The translations under genes and the position numbers were made by a program. Under the pieces are notes generated by a model, which was not told where the DNA came from, did not search any database, and saw nothing but the letters and a program-made list of their open reading frames with translations. From Octopus vulgaris (taxonomy: Eukaryota), in assembly GCA_951406725.2 (NCBI GenBank), contig OX597825.1:72230001-72294000 (forward strand): DNA of 64,000 bases, in the 5' to 3' direction. Positions 1 to 12,401 of the stretch are shown piece after piece (position 1 is the first letter of the stretch; each line of letters opens with the position of its first letter).

Positions 1-619
1 ACCACCGCATGCGATACAGAATCAGTCGCTACTGATATTCTAAAACTGATTTTTAAATATTTTACAACTTATATCAAAGTTAGTAGGTAGGTGAAAATAC
101 ATTTGATTTTTAAAACAACAATAGCATACCTAAGCACAAATATAATTTACATATATGTATAAATAAATATGCATATATTTTGGAAAAGAATACTATAGAT
201 TTAGTCCCGTATCCCCAGCAGCCTTTGGTTCCCATGCGCCAAGCAACATCTGTGCTTTCGAATATGTTTTACATCTTCTAACATGGGAATGAAACAACAT
301 CATTACAAGAAAACCAGGTTTCCTACCCCATATGACAGAACACACTGCTAAGCGTTACGCAAAGAAAAAATGAAAATAAATAAACATAGTCTCAGGTATA
401 GAGTAAACTGGGTTTACTTATAAGGAATCCCACGTTACAAAGGTTTACGAAAAGCATACAATTGAAAAAAGCAGGTATTGGATTACATATTGATCGTCAG
501 GTGATAATTATTGATCTGTATATGGCGCAAGCAGAAGCAGTAACGATTCAGGGATTGAGGATAGTTCTATGCACGTACAAAGATTCTTGTTATTGTTTTA
601 GTTCTTTTTACACATAATA

Positions 620-650
620 TTGTTGTTAATGCTGTTGTTGTTGATGTTGC

Positions 651-693
<43 letters not shown>

Positions 694-770
694 CTTCTTC
701 TTCTTCTTCTTCTTCTTCTTCTTCTTCTTTCTTTCTTTCTTTCTTCTTCTTTTTCTTCTCCTCTCCTCTC
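620..770. repeat. (TTG)n/(TTC)n compound microsatellite
   Basis: Direct reading; explains the poly-Leu/Phe ORF 620..859. Confidence 0.95.
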
Positions 771-959
771 CCCCTTTTTCTTCTTGTAGTTCCCGTTTAC
801 ATGAAATACAAATAGAAGTCTTGTCCTTAACGCGATGTCTCAGTCAACTCTTTCAATAGCAAACAAGACTTTTTATTTCAGAAATTTCTTGTTCCTACTT
901 GTAATTTTCCCGGCCTAAAGGAGATAATAGACCGCCTGTAACCAGAAGCTATATATGAA

Positions 960-1036
<77 letters not shown>

Positions 1037-1135
1037 ATAAAACGGTAAGATAACAAAAGAAAGAAAGAGACCTCAATATTATGTAAATAGAGGAAATTTA
1101 TCTATACAATTTTTCATAACGTTTTCAAATAGCCA

Positions 1136-1196
1136 GATAACCGATGAGATGGTGTTGTGGATTTCCACTTCGGCATCTGAAACTCAGAGTTTTATC
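1136..1196 (+). ncRNA. minimal type-I hammerhead ribozyme motif (U4C variant) in a PLE terminal remnant
   Basis: GATAA-CCGATGA-GATG..GTGGA TT TCCAC..CATC-T-GAAA-CTCAGAG-TT-TTATC. Stem I is GATAA/TTATC. A homologous copy at 18052-18112 (-) has a canonical CTGAAGA core. The insert 1034-1222 lies between (TA)n tracts. Confidence 0.7.
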
Positions 1197-1219
1197 TTGA
1201 CTACCGAGTAATGTAACAT

Positions 1220-1273
<54 letters not shown>

Positions 1274-1488
1274 CAATTAATAAATAAATAAAACATATGC
1301 ATATACATATATACATACATATATGTACGTACCTACCTCTACATGTATATATACACGCATATATGAGTACAGGACACCAAAAAACGTCGAACACAATGAG
1401 AAACGAAAACATAAACACAAAACCAAGGAAAATTCGCCTTCTTCAGTCGCCTTTGTTTCATCTACTCGACGTTTCGAAGGTCAAGGCG

Positions 1489-1597
<109 letters not shown>

Positions 1598-2280
1598 CCA
1601 GAAGCTATATATATGTGCGTATATGCGTATGTGTGTGTTTGTGTGTATGAGATATAAAGCATAAATTCAGGTGTTAATACTGTATTGGTCAGCTTTTCTA
1701 GATCTTCAGTTACACAGCTTTACATTACAAATTTTGTATACAATCACAACTTGGACTGATAGCCGAATCCGTAGGAAAAGCTTACTGTGATAGCCGCTCG
1801 GCTATATTAATATATACACATATGCAAACCCACGCATACACACACACGCATACACACGCACACACACGGGCGCACACACGAACAAATATGTATGTATGTT
1901 ACTATGTATGTATAACATTTTATGTGGCTATTTTTTCTATTTCCATGGAAATCTTGAGGCATTGTCATAAAATAGCACGATGTCGGTAACTATTCGTATA
2001 AATATACGCTGCAACAAGCCTGGTAACATCTGTACTTTGAACACTTTTTACATCTGACAATTTTTTGCTTTCAATGGCTTTAAAAAATAATTTATTATAC
2101 CATTTTAAACATATGAAATATTTAACAGCCAAAATTTTAAGTAAATATCCCAGTATTTTGATTTAATACTGTTTTTGTCGCTAATAAAAGAAATTTTATT
2201 CGGCCTCCGATTAATGCTAACGTCACTAATTTTTCAGTCACTGTTTTAGAATTTTTGTAGCGGCGGATTTTGTCATAGCA

Positions 2281-2665
2281 TGGAAGCACTCCGTCGGTTA
2301 CGACGACGAGGGTTCCGGTTGATCCGAATCAACGGAACAGCCTGCTCGTGAAATTAACGTGTAAGTGGCTGAGCACTCCACAGACACGTGTACCCTTAAC
2401 GTAGTTCTCGGGGATATTCAGCGTGACACAGAGAGTGACAAGGCCGGCCCTTTGAAATACAGGTACAACAGAAACAGGAAGTAAGAGTGAGAGAAAGTTG
2501 TGGTGCAAGAGTACAGCAGGGATCACCACCATCCCCTGCCAGAGCCTCGAGGAGCTTTAGGTGTTTTCGCTCAATAAACACTCACAACGCCCGGTCTGGG
2601 AATCGAAACCGCGATCTTATGACCGCGAGTCCGCTGCCCTAACCACTGAGCCATTGCGCCTCCAC
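2281..2665 (-). mobile_element. tRNA(Arg)-derived SINE, full length, with TSD
   Basis: The minus strand starts GTGGAGGCGCAATGGCTCAGTGGTTAGGGCAGCGGACTCGCGG...GTTTCGATTCCC (A/B boxes). It is flanked by the duplication TTTGTCATAGCAT. Near-identical copies lie at 29446 and 47630. Confidence 0.9.
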
Positions 2666-3003
2666 TTTGTCATAGCATACGGTTGCCGGTCGATACTTGT
2701 CACTGACGAAGGGGCAGAAATACGTATTTAGCAGTGTTAGCCCTGTTGCTGGACGATTTTCTTTTGCTACTTATATATTTCAGTGATTTTTAACATAGTA
2801 TGTTCATAAGAGTCATTTTCAAGTCGAATATCGTCGGAGTTTAGCAGACTTTCAACGTTGCATCTATTTTAAGCATGATACACACATTGATATATATATA
2901 TAGTTAATCCAAACAAGAAAACAAAAACAAAAAACACAACAACGCAAGGACGTGGAACAAATAAAGTATTATTGGACGCTCAGGAAAGAAGGGAAGAAGG
3001 AGG

Positions 3004-3038
3004 GTTTGACGTTTCGAGCGGAGCTCTTCGTCGGAAAC
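3004..3038 (-). ncRNA. minimal hammerhead motif (CCGACGA+A core, palindromic ACGU helix III)
   Basis: Minus strand GTTT-CCGACGA-A-GAGC TCC GCTC-GAAA-CG-TC-AAAC, inside the insert 2901-3120 bounded by (TA)n/(CA)n. The same terminus recurs at 51537-51616. Confidence 0.7.
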
Positions 3039-3132
3039 ATAGGAGAAGGAAAGATCCCGAGAAGGAAAGATCCCGAGAAGGGAAGACAGGGGAAAAAATC
3101 GCTAGTGGTACAGACGAGGTCACACACACACA

Positions 3133-3657
<525 letters not shown>

Positions 3658-3661
3658 ATAT

Positions 3662-3710
<49 letters not shown>

Positions 3711-3726
3711 CATACACACTTACATA

Positions 3727-3769
<43 letters not shown>

Positions 3770-3976
3770 TACAGTTCTATATTTAAAAGATGAGAAATTA
3801 TCTACATTATTTATATTATTTACATTTGACGGATATTTGTCCTCATCTTGTTTGTTGTTAACACAACTTTTCGGCTGATATACCCTCCAGCATTCATCAG
3901 GTGTCTTGAGGGAATTTTCGAGCCTGGGTTCTCTTTCCTATGGTATTTTTCGATGTTGCTGTTGTTGTTGTTGTTG

Positions 3977-4066
<90 letters not shown>

Positions 4067-4201
4067 TATTATTATTATAATTATTATTATTCAGGTCACT
4101 GAATAATAAACGAACTCGGAATCTTGGGGCTAGCAGACCGCGCTCTTAACTACGCCATATGCCCGTGGGCAATTATAGAGTGAATTTTAGGGCATATAAA
4201 T

Positions 4202-4860
4202 CTTATATTCTCCGATCCTTCCGTAATACCGGTTCCAATATGCTGATCATATCTGCACTCGGTCTGCTTAGGAGATTGTTGTGTCCTAGCATATGTGCTG
4301 CTTCTTTTGGTTTTCGTATTTCCCTGTGGTGTTCTCTGTCTATTATTTTAACTTCATCCTACCGGGGGAGGTGGTTTTCATCTTCCCATACATGATCCTC
4401 TACACTTATTTAGAGGGGGCGGTATGTTTCGCCTTTGTATAACCTACCACAGCTACAAGGGATGTAGTACACGCAGTTCTTAGCCATATTCTCTTCTGTT
4501 GGTGGTTTTACTCGGAGGAGATATTTGCAAAGTGTTGTATTACTTTTGAATACTGTCCTGATGTCATATGGGCCGCATATCTTTTGTATCTTTTAGGAGG
4601 GGCCTTTCACATAGGGTAAACAGACCGTTTATCGGATTCATCTCCCCTTTTCTTCTTAATTGGAGTGGAGAGTATGCTTTTGGGGCAGTTGTTGCTTAAT
4701 AGATTGTTACTGCGCTTGATTTTCTTTCGTGGTGGGTATCACGATCGCTACTTATATTCATTGCTCGATCTTTTAGGCACTGAGCAATCACTCTCTTTAC
4801 ACTGTATGGATGGTGGGAGTTGAAGTTGAGGTATCGGCTTGTGGTATATGGATGTCCAGA
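4202..4860 (-). pseudogene. PLE RT-thumb/GIY-YIG endonuclease fragment
   Basis: CVYYIPCSCGRLYKGET motif, SIYHKP and LPYVKG motifs; stops, frameshifts and an internal deletion. Confidence 0.85.
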
Positions 4861-4868
4861 ATCCATAC

Positions 4869-4940
4869 GGGTATATGGCGTAGTGGTTAAGAGCGCCAGC
4901 TACTAACCCCAAGATTCTGAGTTCGATTCGAGGTAGTGAC
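4869..4940 (+). promoter_or_regulatory. tRNA-like segment with Pol III A box and B box inside the PLE terminal repeat
   Basis: A box TGGCGTAGTGG at 4876-4886 and B box GTTCGATTC at 4921-4929. A degraded inverted copy lies at ~4093-4164. Confidence 0.75.
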
Positions 4941-5015
4941 ATGAAAAATAATAATAATAGCAACAACATCGAAAAATACATTAGGAATGAGAACCCAGGT
5001 TCGAAATTTCCCCAA

Positions 5016-5062
5016 GAGACCTGATGAAGGCTGGAGGGTATATCCAGCCGAAACGTTGTGTT
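5016..5062 (+). ncRNA. minimal type-I hammerhead ribozyme
   Basis: GAGAC-CTGATGA-A-GGCTGGA GGGTATA TCCAGCC-GAAA-CG-TT-GTGTT. Stem II is a perfect 7 bp. The inverted copy (3860-3905) shows stem I GACAC/GTGTT. Confidence 0.85.
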
Positions 5063-5127
5063 AACAACAAACAAGATGAGGACAAATATCCGTCAATTGT
5101 AAATAATGTAAATAGTGTGTGTGTGTG

Positions 5128-5190
<63 letters not shown>

Positions 5191-5637
5191 GAAGGACTTC
5201 CATACAGTTTTCGTCAACAATCACAGTCGGCTGAAACGAGATCACGTAGCTGTCAACCGTGCTTCTTAATCATACACCCACGCTTGCGACTAAAAACAAT
5301 TCATGAAACAAAACAGAGATTGTAGCGCACCTAACCACAAACTCATTGTTGGTATTATTACAAAACACTAGATTGAAAATCTTTTCATTTATACAAACAC
5401 AGCAACAACTACGAAATGAACATCAAAATATTAGTGTAATATCTAAATTGCGATGCAAACATGGAAGATGTAAACTCCATGTATTTAACTGCTATATTGG
5501 CCATACAAGTATAACACTCACACAGCGTTTAACCATGCATTTACCATAAGGTGTTCTTGCAAAGCACTATGATATAGCGCATTCAACAAAATATGATAGA
5601 AAAATCACATGTGATAACTTTACAATTTTATATAGAA

Positions 5638-6021
5638 CTAGCAGTATCGCCCGGCATTGCTCGGGTTTGTAAGGGAAATAACTATAAAGCATTTTTAGAG
5701 AGTTATAGCCAAAAAATAGCCAAAAAAATGGGAAAAAAATTATGGTAAATTTTTTTGAGAGTTAAAAAGGTCGAGTTGCGTCCCCTAGACAGTCTGTGGT
5801 TTGTGTTTCTGATTCTCGACCCCATGTCGAATTTATCGATTTTTTTCAGAACTGGGGGAACTTTTTAAAATTTTCGCTGCGTTAGTTTTAAATTATGACA
5901 TTGGGCTATGTGTCTGTCAAGTTTCATCAGAATCGGTTGAAAGCCGTGGTCAGTGTGAGGGTACAACCTAACAGACACACAGACACGCAGACAGACAAAC
6001 TGCCGTTTATATAGAGAGAGA
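5638..6021 (-). mobile_element. non-autonomous Helitron
   Basis: Minus strand 5'-TCTCTCTCTATATAAA...CCCGAGCAATGCCGGG hairpin..CTAG-3'. Copy at 22465-22839. Confidence 0.8.
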
Positions 6022-6714
6022 CTAGCTGAGGTACCCGGTTATAAATTACTGTTAAGATGTCTGCTTATAGCCATGAAACATTTTTCGTCAAATTTCGACA
6101 TTTTCAAAAATTTTAAATCTATATTCATGGGTAGGAGCAATTTGACTGAAAAAATTAACTGAGTTTTGTAGCGAACCGGTGTCGTCGTCATTTTTGTGTA
6201 TATGCGTAAAAAGGCGAAATTTTACGCTTTGGGGAAGATTTCGTCTAATTGATGTCATGACGGCTAGTGCGCAAAATGCCTAAATTTTGCTTGAGAAATA
6301 AAATGCTCTTACATAATCAAAATCTGAAACGCTGTGTAATTAAAACAACGAATTGAAATAATAAGTTTTAGCGAATCAAAACAATTCGCATTGAAATGAA
6401 GAATTAGCAAATACTAAATAGATTACCGTTAATAAGCTGTCTGTTTACACCCATGAAATATTTTTCGTCAAATTTCGGTATTTTTCGTCAAATTGATGTC
6501 ACGATGGATAGTGCGAAAAATGTCCAAATTTTACGATTTTTGAAAAATCGATGCTGATTAAAAATCGATTTTTTAAAAATTCCAAGTGCGTAAGTGACCG
6601 AATGTGCATAAGCTCCCCACACGTGTCAAGTTTCATCAAGGTCTGTTGGATAGTTTCGGAGTAGTTAAAGTAACAAATTCACAAACGCACAAACTTGCCA
6701 TTTAGTATTATGGA
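6022..6714 (-). mobile_element. second non-autonomous Helitron abutting the first
   Basis: Minus strand begins A|TCCATAATACTAAA and ends ...GGGTACCTCAGCTAG directly on the TC of the previous element. It shares the TGTCAAGTTTCATCA motif and has an internal partial repeat. Confidence 0.6.
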
Positions 6715-7200
6715 TTCCCCAAAGTTTAGAAGAGTGACTATGGAGCCAAAAAAGTATAAGAGCAAAATGTATGAGTATAAGAGTGTCTATGGGGGTAAAA
6801 AGTGTAGAAACAAAAGGCATACGCCAAAAATCAACAGTGACGAGAAATTTACTAAGAAAACCCAATGAATTAGCCATTGAATAATGCTTGAAGTTAGTGC
6901 TCCATATTGTTCGAAATCTAATGACTGAAGCAAATAAATAATAAAATGATAAATGATAAAAAATGAAAGAACATATATTTCTTATATTTTATATACACTT
7001 ACAACACGTGTAACATATTGCCTGGATATATTCTGAACGAAGATCATTTATCAATAGAAGTGTATTTTGTCAAAAATTATTGACATTATTCATTATTATT
7101 CACATAATTAATACATTCATTATAATGAATGTAGCATGCATTCCATAGACATAATATAAATATCATTATGATAAGTCTGATGATATGTCCGATACATACA

Positions 7201-7261
<61 letters not shown>

Positions 7262-7263
<2 letters not shown>

Positions 7264-7556
7264 TAGAAAAACACCAAATTTATCAATTCAAAGTGAACAA
7301 TTAAATAACACCATCTAGAGAATTACATATAATAGAAATATTAACATTAAAATAACACTAAAATGTCAAAGATTAAGTAAATTGCAAAAACAAAACAAAT
7401 AACAATACTAACGAATATAATTTGTATAAATTATATACGTTATTGTTATTTTTCTTTGCAATTTACTTAATCTTTGACATTTTATTGTTATTTTAATGTT
7501 AATATTTCTATTATATGTAATTCTCTAGATGGTGTTATTTAATTGTTCACTGGTGT

Positions 7557-7565
<9 letters not shown>
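7262..7565. repeat. AT-rich tail-to-tail hairpin insert in (TA)n
   Basis: About 150-bp reverse-complement arms (ATTAGAAAAACACC...GGTGTTTTTCTAAT). Related termini at 18257-18490 and 63692-63945. Confidence 0.85.
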
Positions 7566-7588
<23 letters not shown>

Positions 7589-7589
<1 letters not shown>

Positions 7590-8940
7590 GACTTGCTGCC
7601 TGACACCCAACATGGTTTCCGACCATGAAGAAGCTGCTTAACTCAGCTCCTACAACACTACGACTGAGTGCTGAAACGACTGCTCAACCACTCAAATGTG
7701 GAAGTCATATATCTCGACTTTGCAAAGGCCTTTATAAAGTCGATCATGGAATGATATATCACAGACTGCGTGATCCTGGCATAGTTGGAAAATTGGGAGA
7801 ATGGCTTCATGACTTTCTGAAGGATAGAAGTCAGGTGGTAGTAGCCAATGGGGCCACCTCCAATAACACTCAAATAGTGAGCGGTGTTCCACAAGGCACT
7901 GTTTTGGGACCACTACTGTTCATAATGGCCCTCTCAGACATGCCCTCAGCCACGCAGAGAGCCACGATCACAAGTTATGCAGATGATACAAAAGTTTCAC
8001 AGGCAATACAGAACCCTGAAGAACCCTAGACAAAATATACAAGTGGGCTGAAAAGAATAGCATGCAGTTCAATGCTGAAAAGTTTAAAGCTTTATGCTAT
8101 CAGCGTGCGAAACTAAATGCAATACCCAATAAATACACTGGACCTGGAGGAATTGCAATCCCAGAGGCACAATCAGTGCGAGACCTGGGTATTTACATGA
8201 GTGATGATGCAACCTTTCATGTGCATGTTGCTAAATTGGCAATGAAATGTAGGCGGCTGACCGGATGGATTCTTAGAACCTTTAGAACAAGAGACCAGGA
8301 AACCATGATGGTCCTCTGGAGGACACTTATCCTAAGGCACTTTGACTATTGCTCTCAAATATAGTCACCATCCAGTGTCAAGTTAATCACAGAACTTGAG
8401 GCGATCCAACGAAGCTACACGAAGATAGCCTCTGTGCAGCATATAAGCTACTGGGAAAGACTCAAGAGATTAAGACTCTATTCCTTGGAGCGTATGCGAG
8501 AAAGATATGCCATAATATACATCTGGAAGATCCTGGAAGGACTTGTCCCAAACTTTGGCATCGAGAGTTATACAAATGCTAGAACTGGGTGCCACTGCAT
8601 AGTGCCAAGGACTCCAAATTTGCCATCAAGATGTAGAACAAGATACAGTGATAGCCTGGGCTTCCGAGGCCCACAGCTCTTCAATATCCTCCCGAAGAAC
8701 CTGAGAGACCTTCATGGGGTGGATGCAGATGTCTTTAAAATAAAACTGGATCTCTTCCTGTCAAGTGTCCCAGATGAACCAACTTCACGACAGGAGGTGC
8801 AGATGAGGGCAGCTGCATCAAACACTCTCATGCACCAAATGGCAATTACTAAAAAGCATTCGTGAAGTAAAATTATGTAGCAACACCAAATGGTGGTGCT
8901 CCAGCATGGCCACAGCTCGTGAGCTGAAACTAGATAAAAA
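7589..8940 (+). mobile_element. 5'-truncated CR1-group LINE (RT and C-terminus, 3' UTR)
   Basis: QHGFR, YLDFAKAF-KVDHG, SGVPQGTVLGPLLF, YADDTK, VRDLGI, DYCSQ and SYWERLKRLRLYSLE motifs across ORFs 7625, 8062 and 8434; stops and frameshifts. Confidence 0.92.
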
Positions 8941-9004
<64 letters not shown>

Positions 9005-9011
<7 letters not shown>

Positions 9012-9081
9012 GGGTATAGGACGTCACCAACGTCGTTGTTAACGCATTTAACTCGTTGGTGACGTCCTGTACCCATATATG
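9005..9081. repeat. short hairpin insert in (TA)n
   Basis: 28-bp arms CATATATGGGTATAGGACGTCACCAACG / CGTTGGTGACGTCCTGTACCCATATATG. The same terminus occurs at 1359-1375 and 19352-19372. Confidence 0.85.
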
Positions 9082-9167
9082 CATGTATATATATATAAAA
9101 ACTGTTCCGGTAAAATATACGTACACAGATGTCATTCAATATACGTTTACTACATATATTTTCTAGG

Positions 9168-9226
<59 letters not shown>

Positions 9227-9783
9227 CATATATATATACATATATATGTATATATATGTATATATATATATGTGTGTGTGTGAGTGTGTGTGTTTGTGTG
9301 TGTATGTGTGTGTGTGTGTGTGCATATGTTTCCGAAGGTGGCAAACTGATAGAATCGCTAGCACGCGAGCAAAATGCTTAGCGGCATTTCGTCTCTCAGC
9401 ACGTTCTGGGTTCAAATTCCGCCGAGGTCGACTTTACCTTTCATCCTTTCGGAGGTTAATAAATTAAGTACCAGTTGAACACTGGGGTCGATGTAATCAA
9501 CTAGCATCTTCTCCGAAATTTCCTGGCCTTGTGCCAAAATTTGAAACCAATATATAAATGTTTCCTTGTAAGATATATTGCAATTTTCATATAATAAAAT
9601 CTATATTGGTTATCCCGAGAGTCTAGATCGATTTGATGGTTGTGTCTTTAAACGATTACAGCGGTAATGTTGGCACGACTGATATATTTGTATCACTTGC
9701 GGTGTGGAAACATGTCGTTAGATCTCATTCCATAATTCTGTAGGTCACTTACATTTGTCAACCATTATGAAGGTCAAAATTAA

Positions 9784-10180
9784 GGCGGCGAGCTGGCACA
9801 AACATTAGCGCGCGGTGCGAAATGCGTAGCCGTATTTCGTCTGCCATTACATTCTGAGTTCAAATTCCACCGAGGTCGACTTTACCATTCATCCTTTCGG
9901 GATCGATAAATTAAGTACCAGTTACGCACTGGGGTCGATGTAATCGACTTAATCCGTGTCTGTCCTTGTTTGTCCCCTCTATGTTTAGCCCCTTGTGGGC
10001 AGTAAAGAAATAGGTATTTCGTCTGCCGCTGCGTTCTAAGTTCAAATTCCGCCGAGGTCGACTTTGCCTTTCATCCTTCTGGGGTTGATGAATTAAGTTC
10101 CAGTTGCTTACTGGGGTCGATCTAATCGACTTTCCCCTTCCCCCAAAATTTTGTGCTTTGTGTCTAGAGTTGAAAAGATT
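9784..10180 (+). mobile_element. tRNA-derived SINE group A (GCCTTTCATCCTTTCGGGGTCGATAAA core), dimeric
   Basis: Head GGCGGCGAGCTGGCA..., B box GAGTTCAAATTCC. About 20 copies in the window (e.g. 9337, 13470, 16917, 42175, 43730, 45813, 59319). Confidence 0.88.
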
Positions 10181-10197
10181 ATCTGAGTCAAAATTAT

Positions 10198-10575
10198 AGG
10201 CGTAGGCGTGGCCGTGTGGTAAGTAGCTTGCTTACGAACCACATGGTTCAGGGTTCAGTCCCACTGCGTGGCTACTTGGGCAAGTGTCTTCTGCTATAGC
10301 CTCGGGTTGACCAAAGCCTTGTGAGTGGATTTGGTAGACGGAAACTGAAAGAAGCCCGTCATATATATGTGGATATGTGTGTGTGTGAGTGTGTTTGTCC
10401 CCCCAACATCGCTTGGCAGCTGATACTGGTATGTTTATGTCCCCGTAACTTAGCGTTTCGGTAAAAGAGATCGATAGAATAAGTACTAGTCTTACAAAGA
10501 ATAAATCCTGGGGTCTATTTGCTCCAGCATGGCCACCGTCACATGACTGAAAAGAAGTAAAAGAGTAAAAGAGTA
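10198..10575 (+). mobile_element. tRNA-derived SINE group B (CR1-like 3' tail)
   Basis: Head GGCGTGGCCGTGTGGTAAG...GGTTCAGTCCC, CTTGGGCAAGT core, internal (TG)n, tail GCTCCAGCATGGCC...CTGAAA(AGAGTAAA)n. Confidence 0.88.
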
Positions 10576-10589
10576 ACAAAATATTGTAT

Positions 10590-10862
10590 ATGCGGCTCAT
10601 AATACTTTTCATATTTAAAATGGGTGGAAACGCCGCAGAAATGTCTAAAACTATTTAAGAAGCGTATGGTGAATGTGCTGTAGTCGAATCAAAGATTCGA
10701 AGGTAGCTTGTAAAATTCATAAACTGTGATTTTAGTTTAGAAGATACAAGTCGCTTTGGAAGACCTTCAGAGTTGGGCGACAATGCTTTAAAAGCAAACA
10801 TTGAAACCAACCCAGAAGTCACGACTGGGGAACTTGTAGACATGTTGGAAGTCCCGAAAAGT
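10590..10862 (+). pseudogene. mariner transposase N-terminal HTH fragment
   Basis: MRLIILFIFKMGGNAAE...EAYGECAV...KF..DFSLED..RFGRPSEL...IETNPEVTTGELVDML, with stops. Confidence 0.85.
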
Positions 10863-11081
10863 ATTTTTTTTTTTTAGCATTATCGAAGCTTGTGTATAAA
10901 TGTTATATATGGGGCTCTCAGAGTGGGTCAGAGAGAAAATAAAATGCACGAACCAGTATTCCATCCGAGCAATTAAATGGCTCGCGGCAATAATGGAAAT
11001 GTTACGAGCTAATTATATTGGTGGCAGATGAGGGAAGACAGACATGGGATAAGATGTTAACAGGACATCTGTGACTATACA

Positions 11082-11187
<106 letters not shown>

Positions 11188-11274
11188 TGTTTGTTTGTAT
11201 TCCACCTGCCTTCGTCTTTTGTTTATTTCCGTAAGCTTGCCTTCGTCCTTTGTTTATTTTCATAAAGCTTCCCG

Positions 11275-11361
<87 letters not shown>

Positions 11362-11389
11362 GATATATATATATATATATATAAATATA

Positions 11390-11427
<38 letters not shown>

Positions 11428-11441
11428 CGTGTGTGTTTGCG

Positions 11442-11473
<32 letters not shown>

Positions 11474-11941
11474 TATATATATGTAGATATATATATGTAA
11501 ATATATATATATGTGCGTGTGTGTGTTTGTGCGTGTGTGTATGTGTGTGTGTGTTACTCTTTCACTCGTTTCAGCCATGTGGCTGTAGTCATACTGGAGC
11601 ATCACCGTGGTCTCTCTGATTTCCTCAGTCCGGGTGTTTCACACCATCACTCCTGTATGTGCCTTCGTCCCAGCTGCCGGGTCATTTGGTGTATAAGGGA
11701 GTTTGATTCCGCTGCCCTTACTGTACCTCATATCAGGCTGTTGGTTCATCCGGTATCGTGGAGTGGAGGATTTCTAGTTACCTTCTGAAAACACCTACTT
11801 CCAGCTTATGGAGATTTCTTAATTTCTGTGGCGAGGCATTACATATATATATATATATATATATATATAAGACATACAATAGAAATACAAAATGGCTGAC
11901 GGTTAGTAAGGAGAGACACAAATAAGAAAGAAGAAAACAAA

Positions 11942-11986
11942 GGACCACTGATGCGGTCACAGGAGTGTGACGAAAGAACTCTGGCC
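11942..11986 (+). ncRNA. degenerate hammerhead motif
   Basis: GGACCA-CTGATGC-G-GTCACA GGAG TGTGAC-GAAA-GAAC-TC-TGGCC. A9 and the helix III palindrome appear mutated. Confidence 0.6.
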
Positions 11987-12120
11987 GAAATGAGATTAAG
12001 ATTAATGTAAAAAATAAATAACACTGGAGCAAAATAACACCAAATATATAGTGCGTGTGTTTTTATTGGCTAAACTGGCAAAATGACCATTCCGAAATAT
12101 AACAATATATATATATATAT

Positions 12121-12345
12121 AAAGTATAATAGCCATCTCAATATTGCTAACCACAAAGAGTGGGTGTTACTGTAGCTTTTAGCCCCAGGAGATCATCGTC
12201 TCCAGCTGGCTTTAGGCACACTATCTCTGCCCTTATCTGTGCTACAGTAACACCCACCCTTTGTGGTTAGCCATATTGAGATGGCTAGTATACTTTACGT
12301 TGTCGAGCGGTTACTGTTTACATCTCGTTCAGAGATTTATTATTG

Positions 12346-12347
<2 letters not shown>
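12121..12347. repeat. tail-to-tail inverted repeat insert in (TA)n
   Basis: Arms 12121-12176 and 12241-12296; the right arm is extended by ~50 nt before (TA)n. Confidence 0.85.

Positions 12348-12401
<54 letters not shown>

Larger units (their letters stand above)
3770..5115 (-). mobile_element. 5'-truncated Penelope-like element (Poseidon/Penelope type) with inverted pLTRs
   Basis: Arms ~3815-4165 and ~4868-5115 are inverted copies. The internal minus strand translates (with stops) to VCLPYVKG...KNCVYYIPCSCGRLYKGETYRPL..., HVWEDENH..EVKIIDREHH...KEAAHML, i.e. RT thumb plus GIY-YIG. Flanked by microsatellites. Confidence 0.9.

Noticed and set aside
2590-2665. tRNA gene calls at SINE heads (also 4869, 21761, 29760, 47940)
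   Set aside because: A/B boxes are present but the acceptor stems do not close, and the sequence continues into repeat bodies.
12165-12222. Hammerhead in the 12121 hairpin spacer
   Set aside because: A stem and AAAAGCTA are present on the minus strand, but both core strands deviate too far to call.
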